Made by a program: the position numbers and the translations under genes
NCBI RefSeq assembly: GCF_964213995.1
Contig: NC_135826.1
Coordinates: 15,066,001-15,130,000, forward strand
Reading direction: 5' to 3'
DNA: 64,000 bases
Origin: Mustelus asterias
Lineage: Eukaryota
The notes under the pieces: generated by a model
The model's input: only the letters and a program-made list of their open reading frames with translations
Told to the model about the DNA's origin: nothing
Databases searched by the model: none
Part shown: positions 39,656 to 50,399 of the stretch, piece by piece
Position numbering within the stretch: the stretch's first letter is position 1
Layout of the letters: every line of letters begins with the position of its first letter

Positions 39656-40031
39656 TAAGTTTCAAAATTTTTAAGTAACGGAAAATGAGTTGATTGAATT
39701 ACTGAATTTTCCGACATCGAACCAACCAGAAGAAAACTGGTACATGGGGAAAGACCATCGGGTGAGGCACAAGATGGCTGCCAATTATCGCTGGACTGAT
39801 ACCAATGACATTGGGAACTGTGTCTCCTGAAGAATAATTCTGGGACAGTCCAGATCAATAGTGTCACCAAAGCAGCTTTGGAGATGGTGGTGATTGTCTG
39901 CTGTGCTGCCCTTAAAGGGCACCAAAGCAGATTTGAGTCAGACCTGACTCAACATTCCTTAACCTTCTGGAAATTAACTTCCTATTTTTGACTAAAAACA
40001 AAATATAATTCTGATCAGTAATTTTCCTTCT

Positions 40032-40377
40032 CTTTATGAGAGTTTATAAAGAATGTTGATCCAAAAACTGACCAGGCCACAAACCACCCCCAATACTGCA
40101 GAATGAAGCCTCTTTAAACAATGACGTGTCCGACCGTTACTGAAATGGGTGGAGCTGAAACTGAGACATTTGTATGTGTTGGAGTAAAATGAAGATATGT
40201 CGAATTTGTCTCTGTTCTGGACAGTCCCTCTCCTTAAAATAACATTGCACAGTTCCTGCTGGGACCCAGCTGTTAGTTATTATCACCCAGCTAACCACAC
40301 TGAAAGCTGATTGGTTGAAGCTGCTATCTCAATGCAGTTTAGCTTCAACCAATCTCCTTCAACATTTCCATGAAGTT
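40032..40377. promoter_or_regulatory. Conserved upstream module, copy 2
   Basis: Near-identical to 16195-16537; core 40230-40267. Confidence 0.55.
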
Positions 40378-41470
40378 TCTGAATCCATGGAAATAACGTA
40401 TTGTATCAGTAAATCTTATTCAGGAGTTAGTGCAATAGCGTTCAGTGTTTCCATAGTCAGTAGCTGGTTAATGGCAGATTAAATTTAAAGTTTATTTATT
40501 AGTGTCACAAGTTGGTTTACATTAACACTGCAATTAAGTTACTGTGAAAATCCCCTAGTCGCCACAGTCCAGTGCCAGTTCAGGTACACTGAAGGGAGAA
40601 TTTAGCATCGCCAACGCACCTAACCAGCCCATCTTTTGGACTGTGGGAGGAAACCGGAGCACCCGGAGGAAACCCATGCAGACACAAGGAGAACGTGCAG
40701 ACTCCGCACAAACAGTGACCCAAGCCGGGAATTGAACCCATGTCTCTGGAGCTGTGAGGCAGCAGTGCTACCCACTGTGCCACCTTGCTGCCCTACAGTG
40801 CCACGGTGCCACCCTGTGCCACTGAAGTTAAATCTTCAGCCCTTCTCTGTTATGCATGTTCACTCACTGGCAATGCCAATAGAGCAAGATTGTCTAAACG
40901 TCATCTGAGGGGCTTCGTGGGCTGGATTCTCCCTCCGAGGGTGGGAAATAGAAGTTGGGATTGTTATCAAGTCCCAGTCCCTCCATCCCGGGACGGGGCT
41001 GTGGAATGGTGGGTACATTCTGGCTGGGCTCTTGTAGTCGAAGCTAAAGGGGTCTTGCAACTTGAGAGGAGCTGTAGACAGCAGGAAAGACTAAGTAACA
41101 GTGAGTGTCCTATAGTGAGGAGTTTGCTGTATCATGTTTGAGATGGTTTCCCTTGAAGGGAGCTATTAGTATTCGTGTCGAATCCGTGTATGAGACTAGT
41201 ATCCATCATCATTTTTATAACGTTACCATTGACGAGAACCAGAGTATCTAAACTTCAGGGACTGCAGCAGTTCAAGAAGGCAGCTCACCACCACCTTCTC
41301 CAGGGCAACAAGGGATGGGCCATAAGTGCTGGCCGAGCCAGCGACACCCATGTCCCACAACTGAATACAAAAATTGTTGGTTTTGCACCAGATTGTAATA
41401 TAGCAGGCACTGAAACAGAAAATGCTGGAAAATCTCAGCAGGTCTGACAGCATCTATGGAGACAGAATAG

Positions 41471-41509
41471 AGCTAACGTTTCAAGTCTGGATGACTCTTC
41501 ATCAGAGCT
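41471..41509 (-). ncRNA. Minimal hammerhead ribozyme motif (second Penelope-type family)
   Basis: Minus strand AGCT-CTGATGA-A-GAGTC atcca GACTT-GAAA-CGTT-AGCT with palindromic AACGTT. Confidence 0.55.
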
Positions 41510-41744
41510 AAAGACAAAGAAAAATGTAATATAGTAGGAATGTTTTCTTGTTGGGGTGTGAACAGCAATTCATAGTTCAGCTTTGAACAGAGGAAGCAGG
41601 CAAACATGAAAAGGAGAAGTGGGAAATATCAGAGAGAAACTATCTTCAGTTTGAAATGTGATTCAGTCTCTAACTGGGCTGAGGTGTCACTACATCAATC
41701 TCAATCTCTGACACTGAATGGGGGGCTTTCAGATCCTTGCTCTG

Positions 41745-41826
41745 ATTGGTGAGTGTCAGTTCTCTAATTTGCATGGCTGTCCTTCCTGTTGTGAATGGCT
41801 CTATAACTGGCTCCAATGGGCAGCTG
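41745..41826 (+). promoter_or_regulatory. Ig light-chain V promoter, cluster 2
   Basis: ATTGG, octamer ATTTGCAT 41767-41774 (full TAATTTGCAT decamer), TATAA 41802-41806, CAGCTG. Confidence 0.85.
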
Positions 41827-41888
41827 CTGCCACACTCTGTCACACACACACTCACTGAAGGGAGGCAGCAAGCTCACTGACACAAAGG

Positions 41889-41934
41889 ATGTGGACCTGG
41901 TGTTTTTTCTGCTCTCTGGCACTGTGTCTGGGCT
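41889..41934 (+). CDS. IgL leader exon, cluster 2
   Basis: Identical to leader 1; GTAAGT donor. Confidence 0.92.
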
Positions 41935-42039
41935 GTAAGTACAAACACTGAACTCTGCTCCTCCCGCAGCAGCAGACGGGGGGCTTGGAATTATTTTCAG
42001 ACAGTCAATTTATAATGTTTAATCCCTGCTCTCTTACAG

Positions 42040-42366
42040 ATGGACAGACTCAGACTCTGACTCAGCCTCCAGACCTGAGTGTGAAACCGGGAAACACGGC
42101 CACACTGGATTGTAACATTGGAACGAGTGATAGCTATGCAGTGAGCTGGTACAAGCAGACCCCAGGAGCAGCTCCTCAGTGGGTCCTCTATTATCATTAT
42201 TCTCTCAGTGCCCCGAGCTATGGATCTGGGTTTAGCAGCGACCGTTTCACATCGACAGCCAACAGCGGCCACAACATTTACCAGTTAATCATAAAGAACG
42301 TGGGGGTGAATGATGCTGCCGTCTATTACTGTGGAAAGTATTTTTCAAGCAGCAGCAGCTATGTGT
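42040..42366 (+). CDS. Ig light-chain V segment, sigma-type, cluster 2
   Basis: Same framework as V1, open frame, RSS follows. Confidence 0.95.
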
Positions 42367-42394
42367 CACAGTGACAGAAGGTAAAACAAAAACT
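42367..42394 (+). other. 12-bp-spacer RSS of V2
   Basis: CACAGTG-ACAGAAGGTAAA-ACAAAAACT. Confidence 0.95.
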
Positions 42395-42709
42395 CGCAAC
42401 AGTAAATGTTATACAATTAATAGCTTTGTGTTGGGTAAAACATTGTAAAGTTTTACATTTCATCAAATCACTTTAATTTTGTCCTTTATGCAATATTTTC
42501 CAATTGATATAATTTAATAATTGATAACAATCTGAATCTCACTGCCCAGAATTGAGCGTCGATGACATTTTACTGTCAGTGTGTGGGTGTTGCTGTGAGT
42601 TCATTCCTTACTGTCCCACACCAGCAGGAACACTGGGAATACATGAAGCCTGATTAATGCTGGACTGGAGAATCTGAAACATGTTTTCTGTCTGATTTCC
42701 AGGATCCGG

Positions 42710-42748
42710 GATAACTGTATGGACTGAATCCTAAAACATCACACTGTG
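42710..42748 (-). other. 23-bp-spacer RSS of J2
   Basis: GATAACTGT-23 nt-CACTGTG. Confidence 0.8.
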
Positions 42749-42785
42749 TGGGTGTTCGGCCAAGGGACCAAACTCTTTATCGCAG
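42749..42785 (+). CDS. IgL J segment, cluster 2 (WVFGQGTKLFIA)
   Basis: FGxGT motif, GTAAGT donor. Confidence 0.95.
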
Positions 42786-43831
42786 GTAAGTGGTTGGAAA
42801 TTCTCTCCCGTAGAAACTAGCTGTGTGAGTTTAGAAAATAAGAAATGAATCATTCAAAATCAGGTATTTCTTAGCAGCTACTTGTTAAATGTCAATTTTA
42901 ATGAAATCTTTAGTCTCCAGAACCTGTTCTGATAATCAGACACAGGAACAATTATTGGTTCCGCATGTCTGAGTGTGTGTCTCTGTCACTCGCTGTTTAT
43001 TAATGTTTTTGTGTATTGATTCTGTTCACAGTCCTCTGATTTTACAAATTCCTTTCCAAAATGGTCTATGAAATTGATTATTATATTTTGAAAATGCGGT
43101 TGGTGCAGATCGATTTTTGATCATTATATGGTGCGATTTAAATCTAAGGAAATGAATTTGATTTCTTTGACACCTTTCATGTCCTGAAGTGTTTCACTCA
43201 CTGTCCCTTTTGAAAGGGTGATCATTGCTGTATGCAGCAAACACGAGAGGCAACTAATGCACAGCAAGATCCCACACATAATGAGATCAGTTATTATATT
43301 TAATGGAATTAATTTAAGGAATATTGACTGTGACGCAGGGACAACAAGGTGACGGGACCTGTTGCATCTCCATGAACAGCAGCCTTTTCAGAAACAAAGC
43401 ATTGCTTATACTGTCCTGTAATTGCTCAGTTTTCCAGTCAAGTGTTGGTCTAAACATTGTTCCTGATCCATATTTATTCTACTCGAATCCCCTCCCTGAG
43501 CTTCATTCTCTGGTACATTAATGATGGTCTCAGTGCAGTTTCATACTCTTGCACTGAACAGGAAAATCTCATCAACTTTGCTTCCAATTTCGAACCTCTT
43601 ATCTTTACATTGTCCATCTCCAATCCAGCCCTTCCTCAACGTGTCTGTCACAATTTCTGAGGGCAGGTTATCAAAACAATGTCCACAAAAGCCCACTAAC
43701 TGTTCCAGCTACCTTAAATATATTTGATTCATGCCACATTCTGTAAGATCTCTACCCCATTCTTCCAGAATTTTGGTCTCTTGTGTAAGTGAACCCTGAC
43801 ACCTACCATCCCAATGCTAATGATATGTCTT

Positions 43832-44049
43832 AATAAAAGCAAATTACTGTGGATGCTGGAATCTGAAACCAAAAGAGAAAATGCTGGAAAATCTCAGCAG
43901 GTCTGGCAGCATCTGTGAGGAGAGAAAAGAGCTGACGTTTCGAGTCCAGATAATTTGACAAAGGGTCATCTGGATTCAACATCAGCTCTTTTCTTTCCTT
44001 ATAGATGCTCCCAGACCCGCTGGGATTTTCCAGCATTTTCTCTTTTGTT
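43832..44049. mobile_element. Fold-back element (second Penelope-type family) in J-C intron 2
   Basis: Inverted arms; 14-bp TSD TAATGATATGTCTT (43818-43831 / 44050-44063). Confidence 0.7.
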
Positions 44050-45578
44050 TAATGATATGTCTTCCTGCCTCCCCTTAACCAAGGATTCTGCTGCCCATCA
44101 ACTTGTATTTATATAGCCTCTTCAGGTAAAAATTCCCAAAATGTTTGCAATTATCAAACAAAGTATTTTGCTGATTCCGATAAGGGAATATTAAGTTAGA
44201 GATCAAATAGAAGGAACCTCATGATCAAAACTCTATTCCGACTCCATTTGAGAGACCCTTGATTCTGTGTTCTTCAAATACTCCATCCCAATTCCTGCTG
44301 GAACACCCCTCTGCTTCTATCCCTCTTTCCTTCATGCTCGCCCATTGATCTTATTGCTGATCCTTTTGAGTCCATTTACTGTGAATCTTGTGTTTCGACG
44401 TTGAGTCAAGAGCTCAGGTTCTGGGTTAAATTAACTCCAATGTTATGTGGAACAACACGTCCTATATAACAAGAGTCTGGGAGGAGTGACAGTGTGGTGA
44501 AAGGCCTCACTGAGTATGTGCTGAAGTTTGGCTTTGAGAGCTAACACCCAGAGCAGGCCTCCCACCACTGGCTTCATTGTGAACTGCTGCTGGTTGTCAT
44601 GTTGACATTGTGCCTGTCCTGATGGGTTAGTGTTGCTGTGTGCATTACCAGCAATCTCACCACAACCCAAGGACACTGGGCAAAGGAAATTGTGGAGATA
44701 TTGTCCCAGAGTTACTTAAACCCCCCTAGATACAGTGAAGTTTATTTTAACATGGCGAGTGTTTACGATCTGGAAGGCACTTCAGGACTGGCAGAGGCTT
44801 TAAAATGGAATTGGATAATTGTGTAAATAGAAAAGAGTTGCAGGATGATGGGGAGAAGGCTGGGGCACTGGGACTAGTTGACTTGCCCTTACAGGGAGCC
44901 AGCATGGATACGACAGGCCGAATAGCCTCCTCTTGAGCTGTAACCATTCTCTGATTGTCCAATCAGCATGTGTAGAATTTTGTAACACTTTGTAACTTTC
45001 TATTTCCAGTCATGTACACTTGGATATTTTCTCCCTCATTCCCTCAGCCTTGTACCAGTGGGAGCTTTGAACACCAGGGAAGGATCATTGAATATCAAAT
45101 GGGGAATAATATTAGCTTTTAGTTCTCCTCTCTCTACAGAAGGTTAATGGGGGTAATTGGAGCACCACCAGAGGCCATTCGCTGACCTGTCACTTAGTAC
45201 TTTACAGACCTCTAGAGCACATACTAGGTGACCTCACCTGTTTTGGTATTGGATAGTTTGAGTGACTTCTACCCTTCCTGTGGCAGTGGGTGACCATTAA
45301 TGGATGGGTATTAATGATGGGTGGTGTGTAATGGGGAAATGGAAGAGGAGGATGGTATGGATACATTACCTGGGTCTGTGCCAATTTACACTGACAGTTT
45401 GTGACTCTCAAGTCCAGTATTGGCTCAATTTCAAGACAAATCCAAATAGATTTTCAGAGGCAGTGATCATTTGTTTTTGGTGAGCACTGCGATCCAGAAT
45501 AATTTCTCTCCCCATTGAGGGGCACGGAGGTCAAATGCAGCTTTTCTGGTGACTCACCTGCTATCAGCCAACTCAACA

Positions 45579-45660
45579 GCTGCGATGGCCGAGTGGTTAA
45601 GGCGTTGGACTTGAAATCCGATGGGGTTTCCCTGCGCAGGTTCGAACCCTGCTCGCAGCG
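45579..45660 (+). tRNA. tRNA-Ser (anticodon UGA)
   Basis: 82 nt; acceptor stem GCTGCGA/TCGCAGC plus discriminator G; A box TGGCCGAGTGG; anticodon TGA 45612-45614; long variable arm; B box GGTTCGAACC; TTTT at 45681-45684. Confidence 0.92.
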
Positions 45661-45722
45661 AGTGTGTTAAAAGCTGTTTCTTTTCCTCAGTCATTTCTTG
45701 AAAACTGGTTGCCATTCCTATA

Positions 45723-46068
45723 GGGCGGCACGGTAGCACAGTGGTTAGCACTGCTGCTTCACAGCTCCAGGGTCCCGGGTTCGATTCCCGGCTCGGGTCA
45801 CTGTCTGTGTGGAGTTTGCACATTCTCCTTGTGTCTGCGTGGGTTTCCTCCGGGTGCTCCGGTTTCCTCCCACAGTTCAAAGATGTGCGGGTTAGGTTGA
45901 TTGGCCAGGTAAAAAAAAAAATTTTCCCCTTAGAGTCCTGGGATGCGTAGGTTAGAGGGATTAGTGGGTAAAATATGTGGGGGTAGGGCCTGGGTGGGAT
46001 TGTGGTCGGTGCAGACTCGATGGGCCGAATGGCCTCCTTCTGCACTGTAGGGTTTCTATGATTTCTAT
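45723..46068 (+). mobile_element. HE1-like SINE in J-C intron 2
   Basis: Young full-length copy. Confidence 0.85.
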
Positions 46069-46349
46069 GGAACACAGACTGGGGATAGTGTCTGGGGTCT
46101 GGAGGTGAAGATCCCACAGTGAGTGATGCTCTAATCCACAGAGTCAGCAGGAGGATCCTAAACAATATCTTCCACATCAAACTGAGTACTTTCTGTTCCT
46201 AAACCTTTGCCAATGAGGGTAATGTCCGCTCACTCAATGAATTTCTGGAGTCCATTATAGGAAACTGAAACCTTTCACTGGAACTTCTTAAACTCAAAAC
46301 TAAGTTGAATTTTTCTCTAACAACTTGTTTTCTCTGGTTCTGATTACAG

Positions 46350-46672
46350 CTCAGCAACTCCCTGTCCCTTCAGTAAAACTACTGGGACCTTCAGCTGATG
46401 AGTTATCCTCTAAAGGAGCCGGCACGTTAGTTTGCCTGGTCAGCAAACTGTCCATGGGCTTTGCTGCGGTCAGCTGGACAGTCGATGGGAGTCCGACGAG
46501 CAGTGATGTCCAAACCAGCATGGCGTCGCGGAACTCAGACAACACCTTCAGTCTCAGCAGCTACCTGACAGTCCCTGGCAGAGATTGGAGCAGTGGGAAG
46601 GTATACTCCTGTTCAGTTCAACAAGGAGCAGCTTCAAAAACAACCGCAACCGCCTCACAATCCAACTGTTAA
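46350..46672 (+). CDS. IgL constant exon, cluster 2
   Basis: 4 aa differences from C1; intact acceptor and terminal Cys. Confidence 0.95.
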
Positions 46673-47031
46673 ATAGATGGAAGTTTCATTGTGTCAGCTG
46701 CCTGAGTAATTAGAATCACTTTATCTTCCTCCACCATTATCCACCCTCTACCCTGGTACCTGCTGCTTTTCATGTTTCTCTTTGCTTTGTCTGATTCTGC
46801 TGTATCATTTGAGTTGTTTGTATCTGAGGCTGGTTTTGTTCAGTCTCTCCCATTGCAAGAGGCTTCACCAGGGTTAAAGTGATCAGTTACTTAGCTCCAA
46901 TCAGGAGCTACGTTTTAATGGGTGGCTCGCTCGTCCCCAATGCTGAGTTTAATGAAAATTATGAATGAAACTAGTTTATGATTAGCCAACAGTATCAGAT
47001 TGATAATGACTGTCATTGAGTTGAACTTGCC

Positions 47032-47037
47032 AATAAA
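47032..47037 (+). terminator. Polyadenylation signal, cluster 2
   Basis: AATAAA in a context paralogous to 29277. Confidence 0.7.
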
Positions 47038-49155
47038 GAGAATCTGCAGGAAATATTTCCATGTGTGTTCAGTCATTTGAATGGAATTTAATGCCCCTCT
47101 GGAGATGTGTTCAGAAGCAGTGGGATGGGGGAGCATGATTTCGGGGTGGTGGGTGTGGGTGAATACTGTTGCCTTCCCCCACCATTTGATTTTAAATCGA
47201 GAGCTGGATGTCCTGCCAGCAGCTGTCCCACCCACAGGCCAACTGAGGCCACGTTACTACGTAAAGGTCTTGTCCTGTTGCTGCTGGTAATCAACCTATG
47301 AGGGGCAGGGATTCACCTCCAGTTAACCCTACTGATGTTATCGTCTGGGGGAGGTCCCTTGTACTCTGTGTCTGATCGAGGCGCCCAGCATCGTCAAGGG
47401 ATTGGCCCACAAGAAGGTTACCCTCCTTTCACTGCCAACCTTCATCCCGCTCACACTGACAGCTTTTTAGGGATCCATGGCCGACCTTTGCTGCAGGCCT
47501 CACTGCAATACCAGTGGTGACCACCGCTGGTGCTGCTGCTGCTGCTGTGTTTGCTGCCAATCTGGCTGGTTGTTCTCAAGGGTGGGATGGCTGTCCCAAA
47601 GTTAAAAAACGCAGTAATTAAATTACCCCAGCAGTGCTGGTAGACCTGATGGTATATGTTGCACTGCTCGTTATGGGGAATCCAGAGATTGGTTTAGTGG
47701 GCACCAGATGATGTGGGGATGGTCGAGCCCCCTACTGCCCACACTAAATTCCGCTCCTTGTGTGCCACGTCCCATCCCTGAACCACCAAATGATTAGCAT
47801 CTGAGTACAGTGGCATGTACCTTGTACAAGCTGCATTTGCAACAACAGGGCAAGGCTCCTTCAACATCTAAACTCATAACTTCTGCTATCTCGATGAAAA
47901 AGAACGGTTGATGCTTAGGAACACCACGACCTGCAAATTCCCCTCCAACTCCCACCCGGTCCTGACTTGGAACTATTCGCTGTTCCTTTACTGTCATTGG
48001 GCCAAAATAATTAAATGTCCTCCTGAACAGCACTGTGCCTATACCATATAAACTGCAGTGGTTCAAGAAAGTGGCTCGCCACCACCTTCTCGGGGGCAAT
48101 TAGGGATGGAAAGGAATGCTGGCATTTCATGAATGCCATAAATGAATTTTAAAAAAGACAATGCATTGCTCCAATTCTGATCCAGTTTTGCCATGCAGGA
48201 ATGTGATGGGAAGTCAGATAGGGTCCAGGATTTGATCAAAATCTTTCAAAAGTCCTTGGATATGGGATTTGGATCAGATGTCTGGAGAGTTACCACCAAT
48301 GTAATTGTTTCTCATCGAATGAACTAGGAATGTTATAGATAGACCAACAGGCTGCATCAGTGGGGAACATCCAGATCCCACAATACAAGCTAAATTAGTG
48401 TTCAACTGGAGACAGAGAGCCAGAATACTTTCTTAAGTCAGGTCTTGTGGGAGAACATTGGAGTTATTGTTTCAGAATAAGGGGTCACCAATTTAGGACA
48501 GAACTGAGCAAAATGTTTTTCTCTCAAAAAGTTCTAAGGTTTTGGAAATCTCTTCCCCAAATTGAGGCTGAGGCAGAGTCTTTGAATATCTTTAAGGTAG
48601 AGATAGATGCATTCTTTACAAGCAAGGGCTGAAAGGTTATCGGGAGTAGGCAGGAGCATGGGGTTGAGGTGAAAATCAAAGGCGTCGGGTACAACTGAGT
48701 GTACCACCATGATGAATGCAGGGAACCGTGCACTGAGGTGCATGATGTGCATGTGATGATCACGCACCAACTGTCTGTTTTTTTAATTTGTTCATGGGAT
48801 GTGAGTGTCATTGGCTGGACCAACATTATTGCCCATCCCTGAGGGCATTTAAGAGTCGACCACATTGCTGTGGGTCTGAAATCACATGTAGGCCAGACTA
48901 GGTAAGGATGGCAGATTTCCTTCCCGAAAGGGACATTAGTGAACCAGATGGATTTTTATGACAATCAACTTTGGTTTCATGCACATCGTCAGACTTTAAT
49001 TCCAGATTTTTATTGAATTCAAATTATGCCATCTGCTTTGGAGGGATTTGAACCCACGTCCCTGGGGCATTACCGAATTGGAGAAAAAGTTGAGGGCAGC
49101 CGTGACCCTCATGGCCACTGGGAGTGGGTGTCCTCCTCCTCCCCTTGGTGCCGGG

Positions 49156-50399
49156 GTCATGAAGGGAAAGTCATGTTTGACTAATTTACTGGAATTTTTG
49201 AGGAAAGAACGAGTGTGGTTGACAGAGGGGAACTGGTGGATGTGGTGGATTTCCAGAAGGTATTCAATAAGGTGCCTCACAAAAGGTTGCTGCATAAGAT
49301 AAAGATATACAGAGTTGGGGGTAAAGTGTTAGCGTGAATTTAGGATTGGCTATCTAACAGAAAGCGGAGAGTCGGAATAAATGGGTGCTTTTCCGGTTGG
49401 CAATCAGTGACTAGTGGCGTGCTGCAGGGATCGGTGCTGGGGCCTCAACTAGATGACCTGGAGGAGGGGACCGAGTGTAGGGTAACAAAGTTTGCGGATG
49501 ACACAAAGATGAGTGGGAAAGCAAATTGCGTGGAGGACACAGAGTCTGCAGAGAGATTTGGATAGGCTAAGTGAGTGGGCAAGGATCTGGCAGATGGAGT
49601 ATAACGTTGGTAAGTGTGAGGTTATCCACTTTGGAAGGAATAATAGTAAAATGGACTATTATTTAAACGGTGAAAAATTACAACATGCTACTGTGCAGAG
49701 GGACCTGGGGGTCCTTGTGCATGAATCACAAAAACTCAGTTTGCAGGTGCAGCAGCTGATCAAGAAGGCAAATGGAATGTTGGCCTTTATTGCGAGGGGG
49801 ATGGAGTATAAAAGCAGGGAGGTCATGCTGCAACTGTACAGGGTACTGGTGAGGCTGCACCTAGAGTACTGTGTACAATTTTGGTCCCCTTATTGAAGAA
49901 AGGATATATTAGCTTTGGAGGGGGTACAGAGAAGGTTCACCAGGTTGATTCCAGAGATGAGGGGTTTAGCTTATGAGGAGAGATCGAGTAGACTCGGCCT
50001 TTACTCATTGGAGTTTAGAAGGTTGAGGGGAGATCTTATAGAGACATATAAGATAATGAAGGGGCTAGACAGGGTAGAAGCAGCGAGGTTATTTCCACTT
50101 ACAATGGAAACAAGAACTAGGGGGCATAGCCTCAAAATACGGGGGAGTCAATTTACAACAGAGGTGAGGAGGAACTTCTTCTCCCAGAGGGTACTGAATC
50201 TTTGGAATTCTCTGCCAATGGAGCAGTACAGGCTATCTCGTTAAATATGTTTAAGTCACAGATAGATAGATTTTTAACCATTAAGGGAATTAAGGGTTAT
50301 GGGGAGCGGGCAGGTAAGTGAAACTGAACCCACTATCAGATCAGCCATGATCTTATTGATGGCCTACTCCCGCTCCTATTTCTTATGTTCTTATGTTCT
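49156..50399 (+). mobile_element. CR1 LINE 3' part
   Basis: RT fragments 49513-50244; (TTCTTATG)n tail. Confidence 0.85.

Noticed and set aside
955-46180. Recurrent ORFs such as HGSTVVSTAASQLQGPGFDSRLGSLSVWSLH and MAQWLALLPHS
   Set aside because: Translations of SINE copies, not genes
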